A stretch of 63,983 nucleotides of DNA, counting the filler, from Choristocarpus tenellus KU-1152 (Eukaryota > Protista > Phaeophyceae), in the NCBI GenBank assembly GCA_964200185.2. It is 9 parts of 9 records of this genome, joined end to end, with 100 filler letters (N's around TTAATTAATTAA, not from the genome) between each part and the next. Parts side by side here need not be neighbours in the genome. Positions count along the whole stretch, not along the records: positions 2,686 to 15,836 come from CAXNAD020001569.1; positions 15,937 to 23,748 come from CAXNAD020005556.1; positions 23,849 to 26,917 come from CAXNAD020022540.1; 6 more parts are not named here. One strand, 5' to 3'. The notes beneath the pieces are model-generated. The model made no database searches. It was given only the letters and a program-made list of their open reading frames with translations, and was not told the origin of the DNA. The translations under genes and the position numbers were made by a program. Positions 12,817-24,897 of the stretch are shown here, in pieces. Numbering within the stretch: position 1 is the first letter of the stretch; every line of letters starts with the position of its first letter.

Positions 12817-14366
12817 CTCTGGCTGCCTGACCTTGAGTAAAACAGAGGGACAGGCAAGGCAAGAAGGATTAAATGCAGCGTTGAAGATCACGCTCAACAT
12901 AATCGCGTGAATAAGTCACAACATGGCGTACTCCAGGTAGTGAAGGAGGGTTCCCCTGCAGTGTTTTGTACCGTCATTGAGAAACAAAATACACCGCCGA
13001 CTACAGCGATCCTCTAGCACCAGAAATGCTGCAACTCTCTCCCCTGAAGTCTCGATGGGCACTGACCTTACAAGCTATAGCTTTGAATCTGCGCTTCAGC
13101 TGTGCTGGGTTGGGTCGACTTCTTCACCCCTTTCTAAAAGTCGCCTGAGTCTGTGTTATTTTACTTTCACCATAAATTAAACATTACCTCTATATTATCA
13201 AACACTCCCTGCATAGTGACAAAATAAGGTGTCCACTGGAAAAGTCAAAATATGGTATACTCATCTTCGTCAATAAAAGTTTTTATCCACCTTTTCCCAT
13301 CTCTCTCGTTCAGCACACTAATTGTTGTGGAGTGTGGTTCTATGTGATGGGGGGGGTTCAGAAAGTATGTTATCAATGGACGTATGTTGACAACAGCATC
13401 AGAGTCCACATTGATCGACCTTCACTATGATCGGTTGCGACCAGTAGTCACAATAATAGAACACACAATTTTGGGTTTTGATGGTTTGAATCCACCGTTC
13501 ACGTCGGGGTTACCGCGAGCCTTTCGTGCGTTTCACCCATACCACATCACCTCAATAACAAAATGTGGCACGCGCAAAATGTTTATCACTCTACGCATTA
13601 TCCTCATTATTGGGAGATCCCAAAAAGTGACCCGTCCTTTGGCATACTCATTAATAATAGAATAAACTACGACTTTGGAAAGCACTAAAACATAATAAGG
13701 TAATGTGTTTACTACTATTAATAGTACCATGCAGTAGCGCTATTCAATTGTGAGTGGTAGTAATACTTGTACAAGCGAACAGGTTGCACATTACACGCAA
13801 ATACAACAAAGAAGACATGATATGTAAACTAAATTGGAGTAACAACCATCGTTAATGTAGAAGGACAAGGCCATATCCATGGTAGGGTAGATGCGCGATT
13901 CTACCAGTATGTCTGAGAATTGTTGTTGTAAACCGATGGCAGTTATCAGGATATTATTATCAGTAGTTGCTGATATGATACTAGTCTTGGATAGTACTTT
14001 TAGTGGGGTGGGTGTACCAAGTACGAAAATTTCAAAATCTTGGAATACTGAGTATTATATATTATGCCTTCTTCTTGTTAAACACGAATGCCTCTGAAAA
14101 CATAATGAGAAAGACTGTCCTGTTTCAGATTTTTAGTTCTCCTTTATGTAGGTACCTTACGGAAAAATTCATTATATGTCCTACCCTACCTAACCTAGGG
14201 CTATCTTCCTCTTTAAGCTACCCCGTAGTACTTAGTAGTAGTAGATGGTTTTTTCTCCTGGGAATGGAGGAGACTTTAATTTCTTCCCCACTACTACTCA
14301 TATTTCCTCTGTTCAGTCATGACGGGAAGTAATAGTTACTACTCCCAATAATACCTACCCTTCCCA

Positions 14367-14489
14367 GGCTCAAAGTATCTGGGGGGGGGAGTGGCGGCTG
14401 TCCATTTGAGGTCAATTTTTCAATTTCAGGATTTTTGGATGATTTAGTTGCATACGTCGGATGGATAATGTAAGTGCACTTTTCCTGGT
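14367..14489. mobile_element. MITE family B, truncated
   Basis: Starts GGCTCAAAGTATCTGGGGG and follows the family B body. The other end is missing. Confidence 0.75.
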
Positions 14490-15394
14490 TCCCAGTCTGT
14501 TGCCAATGTTCACATCTCTATGAACAAGTGCGCCTGGCCCTCAATCAAGTCTCCAGAGTGACCTTTCTGCTAATTCCTTTCCAGCAAAAGACGTCAGGAA
14601 AGATGAACTCTTGCATCGGTGATCCAAGGCCTGAATAGCTTGGATTCCAACAAGAAACATTAAAAGTGACGGTTCCGAAGTTAGCTAGTGAAACCTTGTG
14701 GGACTCTCGCTTGTCCAGGTCTCCAGCATCGCCTAGTCAGGCACATATGAAAACCACTTTGTCACTTCTACGATCAGAAGTTTTTTTGACATAATACTAC
14801 TTTTGTCAAATCGTTGGGATTCTCCTACTTGACTTCAATCTGGTGAAACATGAAGATCCTACTTTTTCCATGCCGGGGTCATGACTGTTGTAAGTGATGC
14901 CTTAGCTCACTGCACTAAGTTGTCGAAGCAATTGTACAGATACTCCAGGATGACAGCCCTTGACTCAATACTTCGAAGCGCACTTACAGGCATTCAACTC
15001 TTGGATCCTAAAAAGATGTAATTCGAAGAACTGTACATGATATATTTATCTGTCAAACTGATAAATCCATTTCTTGTCTTCTAACAGTATAATTAGGAAT
15101 GATTCAGGTTGGTGGTACAGAGTGTGCGGCAGTGCAACAAACCGTTCAAGGTTTCTTGTTTACAACTTATAATATCGGCAATCATCTTCATACCACAAGA
15201 ACGGTGTAGTTTATGGAAATCAACCTTGGTTTTCCTCAGTTATAATTAATTATAGGAGATGGCAGCACACCAGAATTGCTTAGTGTACACTGGCCCCAGA
15301 CCACTGGTCTTTGAGGGAAAATCCCGCTAAACACATCATGTGTGTGTGTGGATTGTGCAACAGACATGTTTGCAACAATATTGGAGAGAAAGAA

Positions 15395-15505
15395 TACTAA
15401 CTCCAACTTGGGGAGTCCCTGAAGGTGAAGCATTGCTCACAAGACATACTAATAACTCCATCTTGGGGAGTCTCCAGAGGTGAAGCATTACTTACAATAC
15501 ATACT
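15395..15505. repeat. Imperfect tandem duplication (~55 bp)
   Basis: TAACTCCA(A/T)CTTGGGGAGT...AGGTGAAGCATT..CATACT occurs twice. Confidence 0.7.
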
Positions 15506-15641
15506 CATATTCAGGTATGATCCATGATTCAAACTAATTGACAGGTAAGTAGGGTTGCATTTAAATGTCCTGATAAAGGGCTAAGAGACGTAATTGTGCA
15601 CAATCGTAGAAAGAGCCTTTGCTGAATTGTGGTGTGACTTT

Positions 15642-15767
15642 GAGCCAAGGTAGACGAGAGGCACCCAGGTTTGACCGTTTTGCTTTTCAAGCCACTTTTT
15701 TTTCATATATTTGTGATTCACTCATATTTTTATAGTTCAGGTGCTAAGATTGGGTTGACGGCGTTGA
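15642..15767. mobile_element. MITE family D, partial, followed by a family A copy
   Basis: The start GAGCCAAGGTAGACGAGAGGCACCCAGG matches family D. Confidence 0.6.
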
Positions 15768-15836
15768 GAGTGAAAGTATCTTAGAGGGTACGAGTTTTGC
15801 CCTGTTTGTCCATTTCGGGCTTGGCTTCCTATGGGT
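15768..15836. mobile_element. MITE family A, partial (contig end)
   Basis: GAGTGAAAGTATCTTAGAGGGTACGAG terminus. Confidence 0.8.
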
Positions 15837-16300
15837 NNNNNNNNNNNNNNNNNNNNNNNNNNNNNNNNNNNNNNNNNNNNTTAATTAATTAANNNNNNNN
15901 NNNNNNNNNNNNNNNNNNNNNNNNNNNNNNNNNNNNCTAGAAGACATCTACCCCGCCGGAACTTGACCCCCCCCCCCCTTACCCAGTATTCTCGTCGTTC
16001 ATGAGCAAGCGACAGGGTGGGTGGGCGGGAGAGCTTGCTCGGAGGTTGCCTTGGTATCCCCTCCTCGTCCTGTACCCCTGGTTCTCAGCCCTCTTATTAC
16101 TTACTGAATGCTGCTCCTACCCTCTTCCTACCACTCGTTTCCATTGACCTTTCTCCCCTCTCTAACTATTCGCTCTCTTTCTGTTTCCTTCTTTTTCTTT
16201 CCACTTCCCTTTCCTGTGCCCCCAGCCGCCCACAAAACTCAGACTACTTCATAAATTCTCACTTTCATAATGTATATATTTTACTTACTCGAAATAAATT

Positions 16301-16392
16301 GGAGTAGGAAAATGTCATTAAAAAAACATGGGAAGTCAAGCCCCAAATGGACAAACAGGGCAAAGCTTGTACCCTCTAAGATATTTTCACTC
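16301..16392. mobile_element. MITE family A, partial
   Basis: GGAAGTCAAGCCCCAAATGGACAAACAGGGC...CCCTCTAAGATATTTTCACTC end. Confidence 0.75.
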
Positions 16393-16501
16393 TCAAGTTC
16401 CTAGGTTGGCGGAATAAGTACAAATCGAAGATATTGGATATGTGATTTATGGTCTTGTTCAAAAACGTCGGTCAGTTGGTGTTGTGGGTGAAAGTGATTG
16501 C

Positions 16502-17000
16502 CAGCGATGTCCATGCTATCTGCGTACAGGAAGGAAGTAAGTGCTGAAGTTGTCGGTGGTGGTATCCAGTCCGTCTTCGTCCATGAAGAAAGGAAGTTCT
16601 TGGGTGGAGTCGAGTTGTGGGCAGCGATGTCCATGTCATCTGGGGAAACGAACGGAACAGGCGGTGAGGTTGTAGATCGTGATGTCCATGTCGTCTGTAT
16701 ACTCGAACGAATCAGTGTTGGGGTTGTTGTGAGTGTTGTTCATGAGGCTCTGCATACATGAACGATGTGCTGCTCTGCTGTCGTAAATAGTGATGTCCAT
16801 GACGTCAGCCGACACGAACTAAGTAGGTACTGCTCTGCCGTTGAAAACAGTGATGTCCATGGCGTCTGAATATACGAACAAAGTGCTGCTCCGCGGCTGC
16901 AAGTAGTGATGTCCATCCATGACGTCTTCCTACACGAACGGATTGAGTGCTGATGTTGTAAGTAGTAGCGATGTCCATGACGTTGTGCGTACTCGAACAA
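16502..17000. repeat. Degenerate periodic array, ~9 units of 55-64 bp
   Basis: Core GATGTCCAT at 16506, 16626, 16681, 16792, 16852, 16908 and 16970, degenerate near 16562 and 16736. Most cores are followed by CGTC..CGAAC. Confidence 0.75.
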
Positions 17001-18827
17001 AGGAAAAAAAAACAGCTTCCCTGAAAATGTGCTCGTACAGATCAGCAATGCGGTGTTGTGTGGCAAGGGTGGGAGATAGGGCGATGGAGGGTCGTGGTGT
17101 TCCTGTGCGTTGTTTATGATGTGTGATATGTATAAGTAGTCTCCCACCTAATACTACTACTGTGCCAAGAAATGAGTTTCACACATTTGCTATCACTTTG
17201 CCAATTCTTCCACCACCTTTATACTTAACTTACTCTCATTAGTACTTCTGTATTCACCAGCTTATCATCTGCGATTAATCCCGTGATAGAATCAATCTCT
17301 CACGCGCGCTATATATGCCTTGGCCTTCGAAATATTTTGTAATGTACTCACATGTCATTGTGGTGGTGAGGAGGAACTGGGGTGGACTGCTGGCATTTCA
17401 CTTAGCCAGTCATTGTTCAACTTCACATATTTTCTTGCCTCTTTCCTACTTACAAGTGCAGGAGGATTGAAGGTAACAAGTACACATTTGCCTTGGAGTA
17501 CTATACACACATCAGACAACCCCATCATCATGTAATGGTGTGACACTCTCTCTACTTAGTTGAGTACCTAATTTACAGAGGTTGTCACTGAGTATTTGAG
17601 ATCCTTGTATCTCCCTTGAACTGCTTGTGCGTCTATAACAATCTGGAGGGTTTTTCTGTGCTGATGTGGGCAAACGCTTGTCTTATCTTTTGCAGCCACA
17701 GCCTTTCTTAGGGGGTTAGTTGGAATTGGGTATGTGCATGAAGTGTCAGGAGGCAGAAGGTTTAAGAAAGACTAATCACTCTGGGGCACTCGGAAGGGCC
17801 CAAATAGACCACTATTAACAAAGAATGGCTTGAATAGTGTAGGAGTGTTTTGAGGAATTGCATCGATATTATTTCCATGCACTACTTTGTACTATATTGG
17901 AAGTAATATAGAAGAGCAGACTCAATATTCACATTCACTTGAAGTGCAATGTAGGTCATACCCTATCATGCATTATGATTCAATGCACCTGCATGTCCAA
18001 CATTATGACAGTTTCAGAACAGTCTGAATGTGTCACAGATATGGTGTCATGAATCCAGATGACGATAACATATACTTGCAAGTATATAATTTTATTAAAA
18101 AAATAACAAAAGTCAAACTGCGACAACAGACTGCAAAATACCTTTCAGTGGATTATATCTTCACATGATACTCAAATAACGCATATCATGAACGGTTTCA
18201 CTGCAGAAGTAGTAACAGGAGCATTAATGTGAGCATGGTCCTGCTAGCACAACATGCCTAAATATTCTAAGGAACGCGAAAAAAAACAACTTCAGGTTCC
18301 TCTCTTGTACAACAACCAGTAGTGAAACATGTACATATATATCGATATTAGTGTACTTCAAAGAAATAGGAACGAAGTCAAGAAGGTTAAGGATCAAAAA
18401 CGGACAAGTTTCAGTGGGTTGCTGCCGTAAAAATGTCGTTCGGTGGTCGGCGGAATAGTCTTTGATGGAGCGAGAGGAATTGATGGTTGCACATTGAGGT
18501 TGCACTTTCGATTATTGGTATTCCCCATGGTATTAGTGTTATGTATCAAGTCCCACTGAACAAACTAGCTCAAGATTTTCATTGGCGCTTTGAAGTACTC
18601 AGTACTCGGGTATGTATACATATGTATGGGATATTTTTTGTTTTGTAGGTCTAAAGTTGTAGCCCTTGTGTCCAGGTAAACTTCCTGTCTCATAGGCGTC
18701 TCCACCTTTGTCTTGGTGCATGTGCATGTATACGTGTTGAAGGAGGTGGGGTTGGAGTGTAGTGGTGGTGGTGGCGGTGGAAGACCAATGAATTAATACC
18801 CAACTAGCCGTCAGTAAATAGGCCATT

Positions 18828-19093
18828 GAGTCAAAGTATCTTAGAGGGTAGAGCCGTATCCGTTTGTGGGCCAAGTCCAATGTTGCGATTTTTATCTAAT
18901 TTCGGCTATGGTGTTTGTTTGCAAGTGTCAATATCCTCGTTCCGGACATACACATGATACCTTCTCCGAAACGTATACATTCTACCTATTCCGAAACATT
19001 TCGGAGTAGGAAAATATCATAAAACCCGTGGGAAGTCAAGCCCGAAAGGGACCAAACAGGGCAAAACTTGTACCCTCTAAGATACTTTCACTC
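18828..19093. mobile_element. MITE family A
   Basis: TIRs GAGTCAAAGTATCTTAGAGGGTA..TACCCTCTAAGATACTTTCACTC. No clear TSD. Confidence 0.9.
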
Positions 19094-19437
19094 CTTGCTT
19101 GGGGAGCCCAGGGCATTGAAGGAAACACTTGATAATGCACGCATTGCAAACAGAGGGGTACTCATGTACGAGCAACGTACAAGTCACTCAATTATGTTGC
19201 AAGAAAAGAAATTATTAATTATGGGGATATTTCCTCCTCGCCTAATCTGATACTTCCTACAGCAGTATATAGAAACCAATGCAAAACGACCTCATACTAC
19301 GTCCCTCCTCCACATCTCCCCAAGTCTGTAATTGGGGACGCCTCAAGGGAAAATATTTTTTTCTTAATTATATATTGGAACCTTTGGTATGGCTACAGTA
19401 GATGTTCCACCACTACTATAACCAGCAGACCAGGCAG

Positions 19438-22122
19438 TCAGTGAAGGGCCTCATGCATCCTCTTGTAGGATGGGACATAAAAGTCCGCATTTTGTGCATC
19501 CTGAGTTTGAGAAAAAAAAACACGTATATGGAAGAGAACATAGAGAGGTACAGGTGAAGTGATGGCAAGGGTGATGTGTGATGTTGCGGTGTCAGCTGGG
19601 TGGGTATCCCTTTGCTAAGCTGCACTCTATGGTTGTCTTTTCAACTAAAAGAAGCCTATCTCCTGGAATAATTTCCAATCACATGGAGAGAGGAAGAGGG
19701 AGGATATTACAGGGTACATTTTGTGTGCATGTCAACCACACGAAGTATTGATAGTACATATATATATACTTTTTGCAATTGAATGTGTTGGCTGTATGAC
19801 AAATGCTGCAACTACGAAAATATTTGCTTTTTTGAGGTATACAAGGCGTAGTATCGTAGTAGGGGTCAATCGGTCCATGGTTTGAAGTACAGACAAAGAA
19901 ATACGCCTTCCCCCAGCCTGAGAGGAAGAAAACAAAAAGGAAGCAGTCAAATTTGACACTACTGCCACGAACTCCAAGTTGTATACCTTGCACTTTCAAA
20001 GTTCGATTAAGCAACAAATCAACTCTAAAAATCCAATCAGTCCAGCATGAAACTGAATTTGAAGAGTTGTATTAGGAACTGTAATGTGAGTGATCAAAGC
20101 CGAATCTGGCACTAAGTGGGTAACACATTCATAGAGAACAATGATGGAGCATCTATGCTACAGGTATTAATAAAACTGACGTGGGAGAGGGATAGAGGAG
20201 CTACATACGACCTGCTTGACAACAGTGAAAGAATGACCTTCAAGACCATCACTGCCCAGGTAACATGCAGAGTCAAAGTATCTTAGAGGGTAGAGTCGCG
20301 TCCTTTTGAGGGTCAAAATCCAATGTTGCGATTTTGATGAAAATTTGGCTATCGTATTTTTTAGGAAGTGTTAATATCCTTTTTTCGGTCACACTTTTTC
20401 ATAATGCACACATTTTACCTACTCCGAAACAATTTGGAGCTGGAAAATGTCATGAAAAAAAAACATGGGAAGTCAAGCCCCAATCGGACAATAGAGCAAA
20501 ATTTTACCCTCTAAGAAGATACTTTCACTCGCACGCAACTTCCAAAGGTAAGCAACTTCACAATGCCCTGCACACCATTGATTACCTTGTAGACGAGGTA
20601 AAGAACATGTTCCAAGCGTATGATGCAGACACACTCGAGAGGGTGTAGCAGAGTCTGTTAAAAAAGTATTCCATCAGGTGTTAAGAGAGCTGGGGGGGAA
20701 CGATTTCGAGGTAGAGCATACAGGGACCAAAAAAGGTCGTGGGAGGGTATGTTGGCTAGAGCAATCAAAGTAGATCGAGTCGCCTACCAAGGGGCGCTGG
20801 ATTGGTGGATTGATAGTATCGAGTAAAGGCTATACAAAGTTAACATACCAATTTAGTGTAGAGTATTCTAAGGAATCCAACACAATAATCCGTTTTGTAA
20901 TCGAAGGTCACCTTGAAGAGCTACAACTTAGCGGCGCAGACATATAGTTAGTAACTGTTGGTTCGGATAATTGGTTTATAGGGTTACCTAAACGGGCAGT
21001 GCCCCAACCTACCATCCGTTGGATTATGACTGAACATCTCTAAGTCAGCACCTATGCTGAAAAACAACGATGATGCATTTTTTCCCGATGTCATACAAAT
21101 AGTAATAGCCTCCCGGGCTAGCACCATAAGATTTCATTCACATGCTATAATACGGTTTGACCCCTTGGGACCGGTAAATCCTTTTTAGACGACTTCAAAA
21201 GGAGCAGAGCATTATAAGCATGAGAGTAGGCTTTGTTCTATGGTCTGCTGAGATTCAGCCTCTTGTTCCAAAGATTTGTGATGGATGCCGTTTGTACCTC
21301 TCCTTCCTTCTAGGATCGATCGGTCGACTGACCAACCTTCCAGTGCATATTTCCCCCTCACCCTGCTTCCACCCCACCCCTTTACCCCTCCTCCATCAGG
21401 AGTCCCCCCGTTATTTGCCACCTTATCGTTTGGCTCATGACTCCAGCTCCGGCAGGTCAGTTCCTCGTCCTTGGTTCCTCATCCTTGGTTCCTCATCCTT
21501 GGTTCCTCATCCTTGCAGAGGTCAATTATCGATTGAATGTTGGCCACTGCCCTATCTCCCCAACAGGGTTTACTCGCGACTCAATCTTCAAGAGACCGCT
21601 CTCTCTCTCTCGTTGTTTGCCATCGATCAACACTTCCACGTGGTGACGGTACTCTAATGTATACCAATATCCGTAAGATTCACCTGCTGCTGAGACCCAA
21701 AGTATCTGGGGGAGGGGGGGGTCTACACCAGGGTGTCTATTTGGACCAAAATCAGGGAAAGTGCTTTTTCATTTTCCATTGGACGTATGCAACCAAATCA
21801 CCCAAAAATCGCGACATGAAAAAATTGACCCAAACGGACAGCCGCCACCCCCCCTCAGATACATTAAGCCTGATGATGATGCCGCCGCCGCCGCCGCTGC
21901 TGCTGCTGCTGCTGCTACTACTACTACTTCTACAACTGCTACTACTACCAGTCTTGGTTTTCAAACCAACTCAAATCAAATCAACACAATCAACTCAGCT
22001 CAATTTATTTGCCGATCTGGGGCGAACCTCCTCCTGACCTCCTCACCCATTGGACACCGCATGGCCTTGGTTCAATTGATCCACAGCCGCCACAAAACAA
22101 AGTGTGCCTCTTGTTCGATGAA
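19438..22122 (-). CDS. Putative 3' exons of an unknown gene (22122-22047, 19917-19843, 19500-19438)
   Basis: Three CAG-preceded segments join in phase to give SSNKRHTLFCGGCGSIEPRPCGVQW-AGGRRISLSVLQTMDRLTPTTILRL-DAQNADFYVPSYKRMHEALH*. No homolog recognised. Confidence 0.3.
20270..20530. mobile_element. MITE family A
   Basis: Full TIRs and a 3-bp TSD (GCA). Confidence 0.9.
20565..20735 (+). pseudogene. Mariner-like transposase C-terminal remnant
   Basis: TIDYLVDEVKNMFQAYDADTLERV*QSL...VLRELGGNDFEVEHTG, with a stop and a frameshift. Resembles the C-terminal 'GGN.Y..PH' motif of plant/oomycete mariner transposases. Confidence 0.55.
20953..21280 (+). rRNA. Degenerate 28S (LSU) rRNA 3'-end fragment (pseudogene/orphon)
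   Basis: Contains GATAATTGG, CTACCATCCGTTGGATTATGACTGAACATCTCTAAGTCAG, AAATCCTTTTTAGACGACTT and CTGAGATTCAGCC..AAGATTTG. These are conserved LSU 3' motifs carrying substitutions. Confidence 0.8.
21459..21514. repeat. 14-bp tandem repeat, ~4 copies
   Basis: (GTTCCTCATCCTTG)n. Confidence 0.85.
21694..21870. mobile_element. MITE family B
   Basis: TIRs GACCCAAAGTATCTGG..AGATACATTAAGCC, TSD TGA. Confidence 0.85.
21871..21948. repeat. Compound trinucleotide microsatellite
   Basis: (TGA)n(GCC)n(GCT)n(ACT)n. Confidence 0.9.
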
Positions 22123-22787
22123 CTGACCACAGAGGGGATTGTTTTGGAGTGCCACGAGTTGATGCCAGCACAAATGCTCTATGTTAATGGAGGCTACAAC
22201 TCAGCTTCACCCCACCACACTTGCCTCACAATATATTTAGTGGGGTGTGTATTCAGGCCCATAGTATTCTAGAGTGGGGGTCAGGCGTCCATTCAGGGCA
22301 TGTGTGGCCTTGTAGTGCTTTAACATTATTCGAGTGAATGCGTCAGATATAAGCGCAGTTTCCTTCATCTGAATACACCTTCCTTTTCCACCCCCTGCCT
22401 AGACCAAATCCGAAGGAAAATCTTCCGTAAAACGGACATTGAACTGGGATATCTGACTACACCCCATCAAGTCCTGGGATAAACCACTTGGGCTAAACAC
22501 CCCCCTTCTCTAGGATACTATGGGAAAGATACTGTGGTTTGACACCATTGTGTATGTTGTACTCAGAGTCCTCAACTTTCACTCACAATACTCAGATTCC
22601 ACCTTTACATTACTCAAAAATGGGATCTATTCATCAGCCTTGCACTCTGTCTTGATCTTCAGTCAAATCACTCAACACCATAAGAGGTTTCCCTCCCACA
22701 CCATTTGAACTCCATAGTTGTAAAAAACACAAATCCATACAAGTTCATTAGGCAATCCTAACCAAGTGGATAGTCCAATTTGTCTCT

Positions 22788-23047
22788 GAGTCAAAGCAGA
22801 CGAGAGGTACCCAGTTTTAGACTGTTTTGCATTTTTAGTCACATTTTTAATCTTCTTCAATTCACACCCATATTTCTTTGGATGAAGTACTATGATGGAT
22901 TTGAGTGCATTGATTTCTCTATTGTTCGAAAGGTTTCGACAGGATCTAGAAAATTCCCCACACGCATTTGCACAAAATGCCTAAACTTGCACATCTTTGT
23001 TAACATCCTAAAAACTCAACCCTGGATACCTCTCGCACACTTGACTA
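22788..23047. mobile_element. MITE family D
   Basis: GAGTCAAAGCAGACGAGAGGTACCCAG..CTGGATACCTCTCGCACACTTGACT. Homologous to 8838-9092. Confidence 0.75.
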
Positions 23048-23507
23048 TGAAAAGTGTGTCCGAAGCAAAAAAAAATCTCTCGCATACAGACAAGGTGATA
23101 TATTCCGTGCCTTGTCACATTTTCTGATTCATACCGTCATCGATACAACTTGCTTTTCAGCAGTTCAAATTTCCCTTGCTTTTGTGGAATCGTGTTCTTC
23201 GACTTGTATCTACGTGTCATCGTTCAGTAGTAGTGATCCACTCCTATCAGTCTGGGGAGGGCATTGAAACAAAAACGTCTAACAGGACCCAAGTTTTCTG
23301 GCAATAACCACATCTATCTCTGTAGAAATATACTCTGGAGTATATATGTGTGTGTGGGGGGGGGGGGTTAGGGTTAGGGTTATGCATGAATATTACCAAG
23401 GGATCTGGATAATACCAGATACTGAAATGTAAGAGTAATAAAATCATATTTAGTAGTATCCAAATTGTATTGATGGAAATATTATAGAAATGGCGCACTT
23501 CACTCCC

Positions 23508-23732
23508 GGGTCAAAGTATCTGGGGGGGGGGGGTGCCGGCGTCCGTTTTTGACCCTGGCTCAAACTACCTGTGGGGGGCGGTGACTGTCCATTTGGAGCT
23601 GAATTTTTCGTGTCGCAATTTTTGGGTGATTTGGTTCCATACGTTGGATGGATAATGAAAATGCACTTTTCCTGGTGTTGGTCCAAATAGACACTTTGGT
23701 GAAGACCCCCCCCCCCCAAGATACTTTGGGTC
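23508..23732. mobile_element. Composite MITE (variant left end plus family B)
   Basis: Two successive left termini (GGGTCAAAGTATC at 23508, GGCTCAAACTACC at ~23557) and one right terminus. Outer TSD TCCC. Confidence 0.75.
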
Positions 23733-23913
23733 TCCCCTCGTCTTACCCNNNNNNNNNNNNNNNNNNNNNNNNNNNNNNNNNNNNNNNNNNNNTTAATTAA
23801 TTAANNNNNNNNNNNNNNNNNNNNNNNNNNNNNNNNNNNNNNNNNNNNCTGCATCCTCAGCCGGAGGGGGGTGGGGGGGGGGGGGGGGGGGGGTGGGGTG
23901 GTTGGTTTTTTGG

Positions 23914-23971
<58 letters not shown>

Positions 23972-24329
23972 TAGCAAAGAGGGATGTTGTTGATAAGGCC
24001 CTTTTTTTGTAGCAGAGTGGAATGATGCTTGTGATTTTCACCTGTTCAAGTCATGTGTACCTGTGATTAGAATCAAAGCCTGAGATTGAAGGCTCATTTT
24101 ACTTTGTTTATCTCGAGATGAGACAAGTGGAAAGAGTGTGGAAAGAAGTGTGAATCATGAACTGCCAGATTTCATCCTCAATCGACTTAATTTTTTTGTA
24201 AAGTGATGTTTTAGATTGATAAATGCTACTATTTAGTACAAGTTTGGTTTTGGATGATACATCGTAAGAACAAAATTACCTCGGTCGTAGTAAAATATTT
24301 TGGTGCTTTCCCCCTCCTCCCCCCCCCAA

Positions 24330-24360
<31 letters not shown>

Positions 24361-24897
24361 TTATGTGCATGTAACTAGAAAAAAAAACGCTCTGTAGCGC
24401 ATCTCACAGCTTGTTACACCTTGCTAAACAAAGAGGTTGTTTGTTGACTGAGTGAGGGGGCTCTCGACCTCATTGCTTCTCTCTCTGTTTTTGTCGATGT
24501 TATTGTTTGCCTTAGGGTTAGGGATAGGACTAATGTGACAGACAGTCCTCTTTTGTAATGTCAACGCTTGAAGGCTTGACTCTCGGCAGTTCCTCTTCTT
24601 ATCGTTTTCAAACTCTCCTCGCTCCTCTCTCCTCTCTCCTCTATTTGTGTGAAAGTTTTGTACATATTGTACTTCCATGTGTGCTCCTTCCCCCCCCCCC
24701 ACCCCCCCCATATTCTGTCACCGATTTTAGTCCCACCTGGTTTGACTCTTTTTTTGCTGTTTTGATCTTGCCTTTATGAATTATCTATTAATGCATACTA
24801 TGTGTGTATGCGTGCATGTATGTCATTTATATATGTGATGGAAATACGGCAGTGAATCTGAGGAAGGTGAGATACGCATGCCCATTGTACTCAACAG

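Noticed and set aside
16502-17000. Bona fide CRISPR array
   Set aside because: The repeats are too degenerate, the linkers are partly homologous, there are no cas genes and the context is eukaryotic. Kept only as an unexplained array.
21537-22126. Poly-Ala/Leu/Ser ORFs
   Set aside because: They arise from a MITE plus a compound microsatellite.
23865-23968. Poly-Pro/Gly ORFs and long G-runs
   Set aside because: Homopolymer tracts at contig ends, with unreliable lengths.
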